A stretch of DNA of 64,000 nt from a virus. Made by a program: the position numbers and the translations under genes. Location: the IMG/VR virus record IMGVR_UViG_3300027724_000012, positions 1,124 through 65,123 of that record. One strand, written 5' to 3'. Within the stretch, counting starts at the first letter, position 1. Each line of letters opens with the position of its first letter. Below are positions 1 through 9,867 of this stretch, piece by piece. The notes under the pieces were generated by a model. It saw nothing but the letters and a program-made list of their open reading frames with translations. It searched no databases and was not told the DNA's origin.

Positions 1-3000
1 AGGTATTTGAGAAGTAAATACGTTACCAAATCTATTAGCATAAAAGTCTTCTTTTTTAACAGTTATAGGAGAACCTACTGGATTATTGTTTTCATCGTAT
101 CCTTGTAATCTAACTGTAGCACTAATAGCACCAGGTATACTTAATTGAAGATTAGGTATATTTGGTTGTTTAGCTTCACCTTCTACTTTGTTTCTATCTT
201 TAGGCGTTGGTTGTACAGGATCTGTTTTTTTAACTGGTTGTTTCTTTCTAGTTTTTTTATTTACTTCTTTTACTTCTGTTCTATCATGTATAACATCATT
301 TATATCTACACCAATAACGTTTAAAGCGTTAGATAATGCAAACATATCGGTTATACCATTAGACTCTAAAGCAGGTAAGATATTAGATAAAGCTGCATAT
401 TTTTTAGGATCTCCTTTAATAGTATCAGCTAAAAACTTTTGTACTTTTATATTATCAGTGGCTAACTGTTGTTCGTTACCTTTATATTTTTTATCTAAAG
501 TTGTTGGATCGTTTGGATCTAATAAAGTATTTAGATAATCTGTTTCATCTATATTTTCTTTTTTAAATGTTTCACCTTTTTCAAAAGCAGATATCATATT
601 AGCTGCTTCTGGAAACTGATACTCAGGATTAGATTTTATTTCTTCTAACTGTTCTGGTGATGCTGTTTTTAACTCTTCTTCTAAGTTTTTAAGTTTCAAC
701 TTAAATATTGGATCTACTAATTTAGATTCATCTTTAGATAGTGGTTGTCCAGCTTTTTTCTTAGCTATTGCTTTTGCTTCTGCTTCTTTAGCTTTTTGAG
801 TTTGTTTTTCTGTTTTAGATTTTGCAGCAGCTGCAGCTTTTTCAGCTTCTACTTTCTTTTGTAATTCTGGATCTACTTTATTATCAGATTTATTTTTTAG
901 TTCTACTAATTTACTTTTTATTTTAGCAGTAACATTATCTAATACTTGTTGATCACTATGTTTAGATTTAGACTCAGTAGAGGCAATAGATTTTAATTCT
1001 GTATAGAGTTCTCCATAATTATCAGATAACTCTTTTTTAGACATAATATTATCTATAGCATTGATATCTTCAATACTAGCAAATACATCTAAGCTGTTAG
1101 CTACGAATACATCTAATTGTTTTAATTTTTTATCTGCAATAGCTATTCTTTCAGCGTTAGCTTCTATATCTGGTTCGAGAGTATATTGTTTAGATTCGTT
1201 TATAGCTTTACTAAATGCTGTTGTTGCATATAGAGTTTGCATATAACTAGCAGGTATATGTCCACTATCTGGATGTTCTTGAAATACTTTAGAAGAGTAC
1301 TCATGAGCTTTACCTATAACAGAGTTTATCTTATCATACTTTTTATTAATAGTTTCTATTTGAACTTCGTCTTCTACATCTTTTAATTCTTCTTCTCTAT
1401 TTTGATTAGTTATTTTATCAAATAAATCTTTATTTTGTAAACCTGCTCTAATACTTTCTTTAAATACTTGATCAGGATTTCTTAATTGAGATATAGCAGA
1501 TGGTCCACCTTCTAGTATACCACCCATAGCTACTCCAGATAAAGCACCAACTAAAAAAGATTCAGCTATATCTTTAACACTAGCTGTTTCATCATATTGA
1601 GTATCTATAGTAGCATTTAATACTCTGTTAACAAACTCCGGTTCTGCAACAGCGGCTATAACTTCTTCGAATCCTTCTGATAAACCATTATTAAGTAAAG
1701 TCTTACTAAAATCTCTACCTATAATTGGTAAAGCTTTAAATACACCTTCTTCTGTAATTATTTTTGATAACTGTTTTACTTCTTGTTTAGATAAACTAGA
1801 AAATAATTTATCAGTAAATATTTTTCCCTCTAATGGGTTAATTGAGCTTTCTATAACAGCTTCTAATGCTATTTTAGCTGTAGATGCTATAAATATATCA
1901 CCAGGATTAACCAACCCACCTTCTTTAATAGCGGAGTCTGTCATCTTACCACTAAAACCAGCAAACGATCCAGCGAAAGATAAAAAATTACTAGATTCAG
2001 ATAACTTATTTAAACTGTTTCCTAATCTGGAAACTTTTGGTAATAACGCAGCTGTAGATTTTAAACCTATTCTAGCTACGCCACCACCAAGTATTAATGG
2101 AACCATATCTATCATTGGTTCTCTAATACTATGTAATAAACCACCTGTATTTATATTTATAGATGGTTTACCAGAATTTTCAGAAGATTTTTCTTCTTCT
2201 AATAATTGTTTAAATACTTTAGAATTTGGGTCATCTGATACAGTATAATATCCACCATCTGTAAACTCAGTTATATTTCCATCATCATCGTATATTGCAT
2301 ATATATCTTTATCTTTTAGTTTAGTAGCTTTAACAAGAACTCCTCTACTATCTGCTGTTGTAGATATTTTACCAGCATTATAAGCTTTAGATATTGTGCT
2401 TGTAGTACCTAAATCTGTATCTGCTACTGCATCAACACCAGTACCTACAAGAGTTGCTAAATCTCCAGGAAAATCTGCTAATGCTTTACCAGCATCTCTT
2501 ACAAATTCTTCTGTTCTTTGTATAGATTTTTCAATTGTACCTAATTTAGTAAAGTCTTTATATTTAGCATCTTGTTTTCTATTAAACTCTTTTTCTAAGT
2601 TATCGTTTAATTCTGCTAATTTGTATTCGCTACTTTTTGTTTTTAATGTTTCATATGCTTTAAGATAGTTATCAGACACTTGTTTGTATTCTGCAAATCT
2701 AGGATCTTGTTGTAATTTAGTAGCTGTTTCTTGAGACATCTTTTTAGAATCCAATTTACCATATTGTTTTTCTAATTCAGATTTTAATATATCAGCTCTA
2801 CCACCAGCATAAGTTAAGTAGTCGTTATATATACCAGTATTAGCTTGTCTAGCTATTTGTTGATCTTTTGTTAGATCAGATTGTATATCTCTTAAATATT
2901 GATTAAGTTCTTTTTGTTCTTTATAGTTAAACTTTTTAGGATCTTTAGATATAGCTGGATGTTCTTTTAATTTTAAAACATCATCTACTTTTATATAGTT

Positions 3001-4140
3001 TTCATTTGATAAATTAAAATCAAATAATTTATTAGGATTTACATTAACAATTTTTTCACCTTTACTATTTTTTTTGTATCCGAAACCACCAAACACATCA
3101 CCTTGTTCTACTAATCCATTTGTGTTAAAATCAGCTTCTAAAGATGCTTTTTGTTTTTCAGCAGCTCTATTAGCATCATCCATATTCTTCTTATAGTTTG
3201 GATTTACTACTGTAGCTAATTCTTCTGGTGTATTAAAAGAACCATACTTACCTTTTTTTAGTACTTCTATTTTAGCAGCTTCTATTTCTTGTTTAGTTGC
3301 AGTCAATGCACCGTAACCATTACCATCAAACATATCGCTTACAATACCAAAAATACCTTTACGCTGTATAGTACGACTTCCTTTTTCTAAATTAGTTAAT
3401 TTACCATATGTTTCTTCTACTTTTTTATTAGCAAGTTCTACAGCTTCTTTTTCTAAATCAGCTGTAACAGGTGATAACTTATTTGCTGGAGATGGTATAC
3501 CTTCGTTTTTATTTGCTCTATTAGCTTTTAACATAGCATCATAACTATGTCCAGACTCCATCTTAGACATAGCAATAGTTAAAGCTTTAACATCCACCTG
3601 ACTAGGATGAGTAGTATTAGGATCAACACCTAACTCTTGTTGTACAACTTTTAGATAAGTATTTAAAGATTCTTTTGAATTATCACTAGGTGGTGCCCAT
3701 GTATATATGAGATCTTTAATAGTGGCATCTCCCCAAGATTTACCTTGTTCTCTCAAAGTTTTATTTAACTGTGGGGATTTACCAGATAACTTATAAGATA
3801 AATCTTTTTCAGCAGCTTGATAACCTTCTTCTAAAGTATTAAATACTCTAAATTCTTTAGTACGTTTATCTTTAAGATTTAATGGATTATTATTTCTATA
3901 TCCCCTGTCTTTAGATAATCTATTAGGATCTTGAAAAGATGATGTTATTGGTGCTTGTTTAAAGTTAATAGTACTTTCTACAACTTCGTTAAATTGATCA
4001 TAAGTACCTACACTAGATAGGTGATTATTGTATATCTTTTGTCTAGCAATAGGATCAGATAAAGCTTCTTTAAACTGATCGTACGTACCTACTTTAGATA
4101 AACCATATTTATCATATATATTTTTTATTGGATCTCCCAT
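1..4140 (-). CDS. Giant cargo/ejection protein (partial, runs off left edge) with N-terminal lysozyme-like muralytic domain
   Basis: Not in the ORF track because it has no stop in the window. ATG at 4138-4140; the frame reads open at both ends where I translated it (MGDPIKNIYDKYGLSKVGTYDQFKEAL...). Motifs RGYRNNNPLNL...TWAPPSDN...MSKMESG at ~3550-3906, Gly/Ala hydrophobic segments and coiled coils. Position after muzzle and cargo genes matches crAss synteny. Confidence 0.75.
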   Translation of the reverse strand, partial: MGDPIKNIYDKYGLSKVGTYDQFKEALSDPIARQKIYNNHLSSVGTYDQFNEVVESTINFKQAPITSSFQDPNRLSKDRGYRNNNPLNLKDKRTKEFRVFNTLEEGYQAAEKDLSYKLSGKSPQLNKTLREQGKSWGDATIKDLIYTWAPPSDNSKESLNTYLKVVQQELGVDPNTTHPSQVDVKALTIAMSKMESGHSYDAMLKANRANKNEGIPSPANKLSPVTADLEKEAVELANKKVEETYGKLTNLEKGSRTIQRKGIFGIVSDMFDGNGYGALTATKQEIEAAKIEVLKKGKYGSFNTPEELATVVNPNYKKNMDDANRAAEKQKASLEADFNTNGLVEQGDVFGGFGYKKNSKGEKIVNVNPNKLFDFNLSNENYIKVDDVLKLKEHPAISKDPKKFNYKEQKELNQYLRDIQSDLTKDQQIARQANTGIYNDYLTYAGGRADILKSELEKQYGKLDSKKMSQETATKLQQDPRFAEYKQVSDNYLKAYETLKTKSSEYKLAELNDNLEKEFNRKQDAKYKDFTKLGTIEKSIQRTEEFVRDAGKALADFPGDLATLVGTGVDAVADTDLGTTSTISKAYNAGKISTTADSRGVLVKATKLKDKDIYAIYDDDGNITEFTDGGYYTVSDDPNSKVFKQLLEEEKSSENSGKPSININTGGLLHSIREPMIDMVPLILGGGVARIGLKSTAALLPKVSRLGNSLNKLSESSNFLSFAGSFAGFSGKMTDSAIKEGGLVNPGDIFIASTAKIALEAVIESSINPLEGKIFTDKLFSSLSKQEVKQLSKIITEEGVFKALPIIGRDFSKTLLNNGLSEGFEEVIAAVAEPEFVNRVLNATIDTQYDETASVKDIAESFLVGALSGVAMGGILEGGPSAISQLRNPDQVFKESIRAGLQNKDLFDKITNQNREEELKDVEDEVQIETINKKYDKINSVIGKAHEYSSKVFQEHPDSGHIPASYMQTLYATTAFSKAINESKQYTLEPDIEANAERIAIADKKLKQLDVFVANSLDVFASIEDINAIDNIMSKKELSDNYGELYTELKSIASTESKSKHSDQQVLDNVTAKIKSKLVELKNKSDNKVDPELQKKVEAEKAAAAAKSKTEKQTQKAKEAEAKAIAKKKAGQPLSKDESKLVDPIFKLKLKNLEEELKTASPEQLEEIKSNPEYQFPEAANMISAFEKGETFKKENIDETDYLNTLLDPNDPTTLDKKYKGNEQQLATDNIKVQKFLADTIKGDPKKYAALSNILPALESNGITDMFALSNALNVIGVDINDVIHDRTEVKEVNKKTRKKQPVKKTDPVQPTPKDRNKVEGEAKQPNIPNLQLSIPGAISATVRLQGYDENNNPVGSPITVKKEDFYANRFGNVFTSQIP

Positions 4141-4146
4141 AAATTA

Positions 4147-5799
4147 TTATTGATTAAAAGGATTATTTGGAGAAATAGTTGTAGTTCCTCCACCCATATA
4201 AGATGAACCGCTTGATGTACTAGTAACTTTTATATCATCTTGTGGTATATAAAGATATCCACCTTCATATTTAGTACCTGGTGGAGCAGCACTACTAGTT
4301 GAAAAATCTTTTAAAGAATCGTTTGTATACCACGATCCATAACCAGGATATTTTCCAAACACCCATTCTAAATTATCTCCATCGTCACCTTTTATTTTTA
4401 AATATCCTTTATTACCTATTTTAGTTAAATAAGCATCAGGTATACCAACTACTTTACCTTTATCGTCTCCAGTAGTATTTATAGTATATGGTTCATTACC
4501 AACGGTAACAGATGTTACTGTTACTCCATCTTTGTCAATAGTATGACCACCCCAATTTACAGAACCATCTTTATTTTGTTCACCAGTACTACCATCATTG
4601 CTTGTTACATAATTAACAGTGGTTTGTTTATTATTATCTGCTGTTTTCCAAGCTAACGCTTTATCCATTAACTCTTGATCATCGGTTCTAGCACCTTCTG
4701 CATACATTTGTTCAGCTGATGTATATCCACCTTGTGCTGCAGAAATTTTATCACTAAATATACTTATTCTAGCATTTGATCTTTCTTTGGATGTTGGATT
4801 AGGATTTTCAGATAACCATAATTTCCAATCAGCTTCTTGTAGTTTACGTTGTTCTTGATTAAACTCTTCATCACTAATTTCAGAATTAGCTTTAGCAATA
4901 TCTAATCTAGCTTTAGCTTCGTTTAGTTTTATCCTAGATGGTAAAGTTTCTGTTAATAATTTAGCATTAGCTAAATCTTCTTGTGCTTTTGCTTGTTGTG
5001 TTTGATTAGCAATTTCTATTTGTTGATTAAATAAATCACTATTTACAAACTTTTGAGTTGCTTCTATATTATCACGATGTTCTTGAGCTTTATCTAATAT
5101 AGATTTATCACCAGTTTTATTAAACTCGTTTAGAGCTTTAGCCCACTCTAGTTTAGAATTAGTATATTGCTTATATACTTTAGTATCTAATACTTTATTC
5201 TTAGAAGCAAATTCTAAAAGTTTATCATTTTTAGTGTCGTTTAATATAGTAGTACCTTTTTTTAATCTATCAGCATTAGCATAACCATTAGTAAATGTAT
5301 TTTTTAATCTTGTTATTTCCATACGATTTTTAAATACTTCGTCTACATCTCTAAAATCAGTAGATGCTAATTTATCTTTAGCTGGGTTAAGTTGCGCATC
5401 TATAGCTGCTCTATCAGCTTCTATAAATTCTTCACTACCAATAGCTAAACCTTCGTTGATTAAATCTAGATTATTTTTCATAATCTCGTACTCAAACTTT
5501 TTATTTTGTAACTCAAGTTGTTTATTTACTCTTTCTTGAGTTTGCATTTTTAATCTAATATCTATAGCATTAGTAAATAGATCTTGAGATGCTCTAGATG
5601 CTTGTAGATTTAATTGTGTACCTTGTACAAATCTATTCCAATCATTATTAGTACTAGATTCAGTAGCTCTAAATAATCCTTCACTACTTGGTGCTTGTAA
5701 TGTAACCTGTGATGGTTTATATTGTGGTAATATAAATCCACCTTGTTGATAGGTTGGAAGTATATTTATTACATTACCAAATTCATCATATATTTTCAT
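4147..5799 (-). CDS. Putative cargo/ejection (internal virion) protein
   Basis: 550 aa, helical/coiled-coil, YQQGG motif near N-terminus; lies between cargo protein 1 and the giant cargo ORF. Confidence 0.55.
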   Translation of the reverse strand: MKIYDEFGNVINILPTYQQGGFILPQYKPSQVTLQAPSSEGLFRATESSTNNDWNRFVQGTQLNLQASRASQDLFTNAIDIRLKMQTQERVNKQLELQNKKFEYEIMKNNLDLINEGLAIGSEEFIEADRAAIDAQLNPAKDKLASTDFRDVDEVFKNRMEITRLKNTFTNGYANADRLKKGTTILNDTKNDKLLEFASKNKVLDTKVYKQYTNSKLEWAKALNEFNKTGDKSILDKAQEHRDNIEATQKFVNSDLFNQQIEIANQTQQAKAQEDLANAKLLTETLPSRIKLNEAKARLDIAKANSEISDEEFNQEQRKLQEADWKLWLSENPNPTSKERSNARISIFSDKISAAQGGYTSAEQMYAEGARTDDQELMDKALAWKTADNNKQTTVNYVTSNDGSTGEQNKDGSVNWGGHTIDKDGVTVTSVTVGNEPYTINTTGDDKGKVVGIPDAYLTKIGNKGYLKIKGDDGDNLEWVFGKYPGYGSWYTNDSLKDFSTSSAAPPGTKYEGGYLYIPQDDIKVTSTSSGSSYMGGGTTTISPNNPFNQ

Positions 5800-5811
5800 A
5801 CTATTATTATT

Positions 5812-8800
5812 TTATTCCCATCTACCTGTTAACATATTCCATTGTGGTCGTCTATTTATAGAAAAACCAGGATAAGTACTACTTGGTTGATTCATTTGTT
5901 GATAACCATAAGGATTAGATGTATAATTAGACATATCATAACCACGAGTACCATTAAAACCATATGGGTTTTCATCACTATATTGTGGTTGTTGCGATTT
6001 TTGATTATTGTTTCCGCCTCCACCAATATTACTAAATCCACCAGTAAGTGCAAACATACCTAAATTACCTACATCATTAGCGTAACCTTCTATCTTATTT
6101 CTATTTTTATCAAATACTTGATTAGCTAAATCTCTCTGATATTGTTGATAAGATAGTTTATCTAACTCTGCTTGATATTTTGCTTGACCACTATTAGCAT
6201 TGGCTGTAGCAGCAGCACCCGATATATTACCCATACCAGCTACATTAGCATTATATAGTTGTGTAGCTTTATTATTAAATACACTATTATAATTATCTAA
6301 ACCTCTAGATGTTAAATCAGCAATTGTACCAGCTCTTTCACCTTCTAATGCTACTTGTCTATCATTTACTCCAGCTACTAACTGATTAGTATTACCTTGT
6401 ATAGCTGCTAAATAAGCTCCTAAATCATTATTAGAAGTAGTATATCTAGCCATGCTAGAACCAGCACCGTTGCTGTTTAATGCGCTATACTTCTGTGCGT
6501 TTAACATAGCATTTCTTCTATTAAACGAATCACTCATTGTAGCTAAAGCTGATGAGTTATCATTATATTTTAGATTTGGTACATTTAAACTAGCAGCATA
6601 TCCTGCTAATGCTCCTGTAGTTTCTATATTTCCTGTACGTTGTACATTATCTACATAACCATTTACAGCAGCTTCATATCGTAATTTATCTATTTGATTT
6701 AATCTTTCTTGTTCTTCTTTTTTTCGTTTACTAAACCCAAATAAAGCATCTACACCAGCACCTATAAATCCAAATTGAGCATGGGGTACTTCACCACCAT
6801 TCTCAAACAATTTACTATCCATACTTGAAGATATATTATACATACTTTTTACATTATTATCCATACCATAGTAAGGATCCATAACTTTATTACTATAACC
6901 CATAATACCATCTAATGCATTATTAGTTGGTTGATTATACATTTTAGGTAAGCCTACATTTAATCCATACTGTGCTTTAGGTATACGTTTACTTTTTGGT
7001 TTCTTATATTCGCTTAATGCTTTAATTATATCTAAATATTCGCTACGTTGTTCTTTATTTTCTACATTAGCTCTTTCTACAAAAAAATCATCTTTTTGAT
7101 CTCTAACTTCGAATTTTTTCTTAACATTGTTTACAAGTTCTGCTGGAGTAAGTTCGTTACTTTTACCCCATAATTTAGAAAAGTATATATCTTTGGGTCC
7201 TGTAGTAATCTCGTTTTCTTTATACTCGAATACAGATTTACCAAGCTTCATATCTTTTATAGCTACTCCACCTATCTTATCATTAAGATGTAGTTTCATT
7301 TTATCATCATCACTAAATACATAAGCTTCTGCTGGTAAGATATCTGTTACATCATTTTTATCTACATGTTTATGTAGTTTATCTGCTTTAACATTTACTA
7401 TTGTAAAATCTGGTAAAGATACTACTTCTCCTTTTTCTGTTTGTATTTCTGTAAACTCTTCAGTTATAGGATGAATTGGATAAGTATAATCATTATTTAT
7501 TGGTCCACCAAATTGATATAAAGGTACTGGATATACTAAACCACCGTATTGTTTAGGTACAGGTGCCCACGCATTTCTAACTCCTGGCGTGTAGTTTGCA
7601 GGATTTGCAAATTTAGGAGTTCCAACACCTTTAGTAATTAAGTCATCCCAAGTATCAGGAGTAGCTTTAAAGTTTTTATATAAATCTTTATTAACAACAT
7701 CCATAATTTTTTTAGGTACCTTTCCTAATTTATCACCTGCTTTAGATACATAATTACCCGCTTTGTCTATATACTTACTACCATATTGTACTACTTTACC
7801 TACTTTAGGTAAGCTGGTAATACCTTTAATAGCTAAACTACCTGCTAAGTTACCTCCTGCAAATCCAGCTAATCCATACAAACCATCTCTCATTACTTGT
7901 TCGTCTTGTGGGGATGTTCTATAACTATTTGTAGATAATGGTACATATCCTGGTGCAGGTGTAAATCCGTAAGGATTATTCACTGGTGAGTTAGAAATCT
8001 GTGGTTGTATTGTTGGTTGTGGTGCAGAACTTAAATTATCTGAATAATTACTTGTTAGAGCACCATTCATTTCATTTTGTATACCAGAGTTTCTTAACTT
8101 CCAAGTTTCTCCAGCTTTTATAACATCCATAATATTTTGATTACCAGCTTTTACTATTTTATTAGTAGAAGTAGTTTTAACATTACCTGATGCTGTTTTA
8201 ACAGGATTTATAGTACCTAACTGTGCTTGTGAATCTAATGTAGAAACAGCATCTTGATTATCTCCTATATATATCCATGCTCCTGTAGAACCTTTTTTTC
8301 TTGTAAGCCATTCACCATTAGAGTCTTTACTATATTCATAAGTTCTATCACCTTTTATAGAATAAACTTCACTTTTACTAGGTTTTTTACTTGATGAAGT
8401 ATCCCCAGGTAACGGTTGTGTATATGCGGCTTGTTGTGGATATATACCATTAGTAACAGATGGATTATATGGATCTATAGGTTTACCAACTACTTGTGGA
8501 CTATTTTGATATCCAGTTAACATATTATTATTAAATGCTGCACTTGATTGTAATGGACCATATTGTGCTGATCCAGCAATCTGTTGTAGATATTGATCTC
8601 TAGGGTATTGTGTTAGTTGTTCTGGATTAGCTATATTAACTCCAAATTGTGCATGTAACATTTCTTCTTGTTTAATTGGGTTTATTGGTAGTTCTGTTAC
8701 GGAATCAGATCCAAAACTATATTCTTTACCTTTTTCTAGTTTAGTTATTAATCCATGTTTACCACCACCTTTTACTATACCTATTAGATCTTGTTTTACA

Positions 8801-9867
8801 TCTTTCATAGATATATCTCCACCAGGTATAGTATTACTTTTATTTAATTCTGTTGATGATCCAGGAGTATAACCTGTTAGATTTATATTACCACCATGCT
8901 CCCACGAACTAACACCTTCTTGTAATCCTTGTTGAGCTGTTGAGTTTATAATGGGTTTAGCATTTACTTTTAATAAATCTATTAATTTATTTTTACTAAG
9001 TTTTTTTAGAGTATTTTTACTTAATCCTTGTATTCCTATAACTGATTCTAATATATCGTTATTTGTCATAATTAAATTATATTCAGAATCTAATGGAGCA
9101 CCTCTACCTTCGAAATTTATATTATTACCTAAAGGACCATCAAAAGCGTTTATAGTTTTATTTGGATTTTCAGACGTAACAGAATAATTAGATATAGGTT
9201 GTCCAACTTTATTTCCATATTGTGCGTATTGTACACCTTGAAAACCTTGTTGTAAGTTTATTGGTTCTGGTTCTTTATAAGCATTTTGATAATTTAGTCC
9301 AGAAAATATACCAGATGCAGTATTTGTAAATGCTGCCCCCATTTGTTTATTTATCTCTGGTTGTTGAGATAATGCTACTTTACGTTTAGCTTGCTCAGCA
9401 TCGTATAAGTTACCAGCTGTTTTAGCATAGTTTTCTCTACCTTGATACCAAGCATCGTACTTTTCTGGATCTTTAGTCCAAAAATCATTCCAATTACTTT
9501 TTTTTTCATATTCGCTAAAAGCAGCTAATTGATCTGGAGTGTATGCACCATTTAAAGTTTTATTATAATAATAGTTATGAGCATCATCTCCCCATTCTCC
9601 ATTATATGTATTTTTTATAGTATTTTGATTATTTGTATAATCCGATGCTACTTTATTGTTAGTATTAACAGTATTATATAATACAGCAGATGGATCTGCA
9701 TATACTCCAGTAATAGGTATTTCTGGTTCTTTAAAATAATTACCAGCTTTCCAAAAATTACCCCACTGTTTATTTAAATTATTAAATTGATCAAATAAAG
9801 GTATACCTCCAAATTGATAATTCATTGGAGACGATGCTTTATACTTAATTGTTTTTTTGTTTTTCAT
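5812..9867 (-). CDS. Cargo protein 1-like internal virion protein
   Basis: 1351 aa, low complexity N/Q/G-rich, repeated Q(Y/F)G(G) and ExGG motifs, IQTEKGEVV...ADKLHKHV segment, hydrophobic Gly-rich stretches; directly downstream of the muzzle gene as in crAss phages. Confidence 0.65.
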   Translation of the reverse strand: MKNKKTIKYKASSPMNYQFGGIPLFDQFNNLNKQWGNFWKAGNYFKEPEIPITGVYADPSAVLYNTVNTNNKVASDYTNNQNTIKNTYNGEWGDDAHNYYYNKTLNGAYTPDQLAAFSEYEKKSNWNDFWTKDPEKYDAWYQGRENYAKTAGNLYDAEQAKRKVALSQQPEINKQMGAAFTNTASGIFSGLNYQNAYKEPEPINLQQGFQGVQYAQYGNKVGQPISNYSVTSENPNKTINAFDGPLGNNINFEGRGAPLDSEYNLIMTNNDILESVIGIQGLSKNTLKKLSKNKLIDLLKVNAKPIINSTAQQGLQEGVSSWEHGGNINLTGYTPGSSTELNKSNTIPGGDISMKDVKQDLIGIVKGGGKHGLITKLEKGKEYSFGSDSVTELPINPIKQEEMLHAQFGVNIANPEQLTQYPRDQYLQQIAGSAQYGPLQSSAAFNNNMLTGYQNSPQVVGKPIDPYNPSVTNGIYPQQAAYTQPLPGDTSSSKKPSKSEVYSIKGDRTYEYSKDSNGEWLTRKKGSTGAWIYIGDNQDAVSTLDSQAQLGTINPVKTASGNVKTTSTNKIVKAGNQNIMDVIKAGETWKLRNSGIQNEMNGALTSNYSDNLSSAPQPTIQPQISNSPVNNPYGFTPAPGYVPLSTNSYRTSPQDEQVMRDGLYGLAGFAGGNLAGSLAIKGITSLPKVGKVVQYGSKYIDKAGNYVSKAGDKLGKVPKKIMDVVNKDLYKNFKATPDTWDDLITKGVGTPKFANPANYTPGVRNAWAPVPKQYGGLVYPVPLYQFGGPINNDYTYPIHPITEEFTEIQTEKGEVVSLPDFTIVNVKADKLHKHVDKNDVTDILPAEAYVFSDDDKMKLHLNDKIGGVAIKDMKLGKSVFEYKENEITTGPKDIYFSKLWGKSNELTPAELVNNVKKKFEVRDQKDDFFVERANVENKEQRSEYLDIIKALSEYKKPKSKRIPKAQYGLNVGLPKMYNQPTNNALDGIMGYSNKVMDPYYGMDNNVKSMYNISSSMDSKLFENGGEVPHAQFGFIGAGVDALFGFSKRKKEEQERLNQIDKLRYEAAVNGYVDNVQRTGNIETTGALAGYAASLNVPNLKYNDNSSALATMSDSFNRRNAMLNAQKYSALNSNGAGSSMARYTTSNNDLGAYLAAIQGNTNQLVAGVNDRQVALEGERAGTIADLTSRGLDNYNSVFNNKATQLYNANVAGMGNISGAAATANANSGQAKYQAELDKLSYQQYQRDLANQVFDKNRNKIEGYANDVGNLGMFALTGGFSNIGGGGNNNQKSQQPQYSDENPYGFNGTRGYDMSNYTSNPYGYQQMNQPSSTYPGFSINRRPQWNMLTGRWE

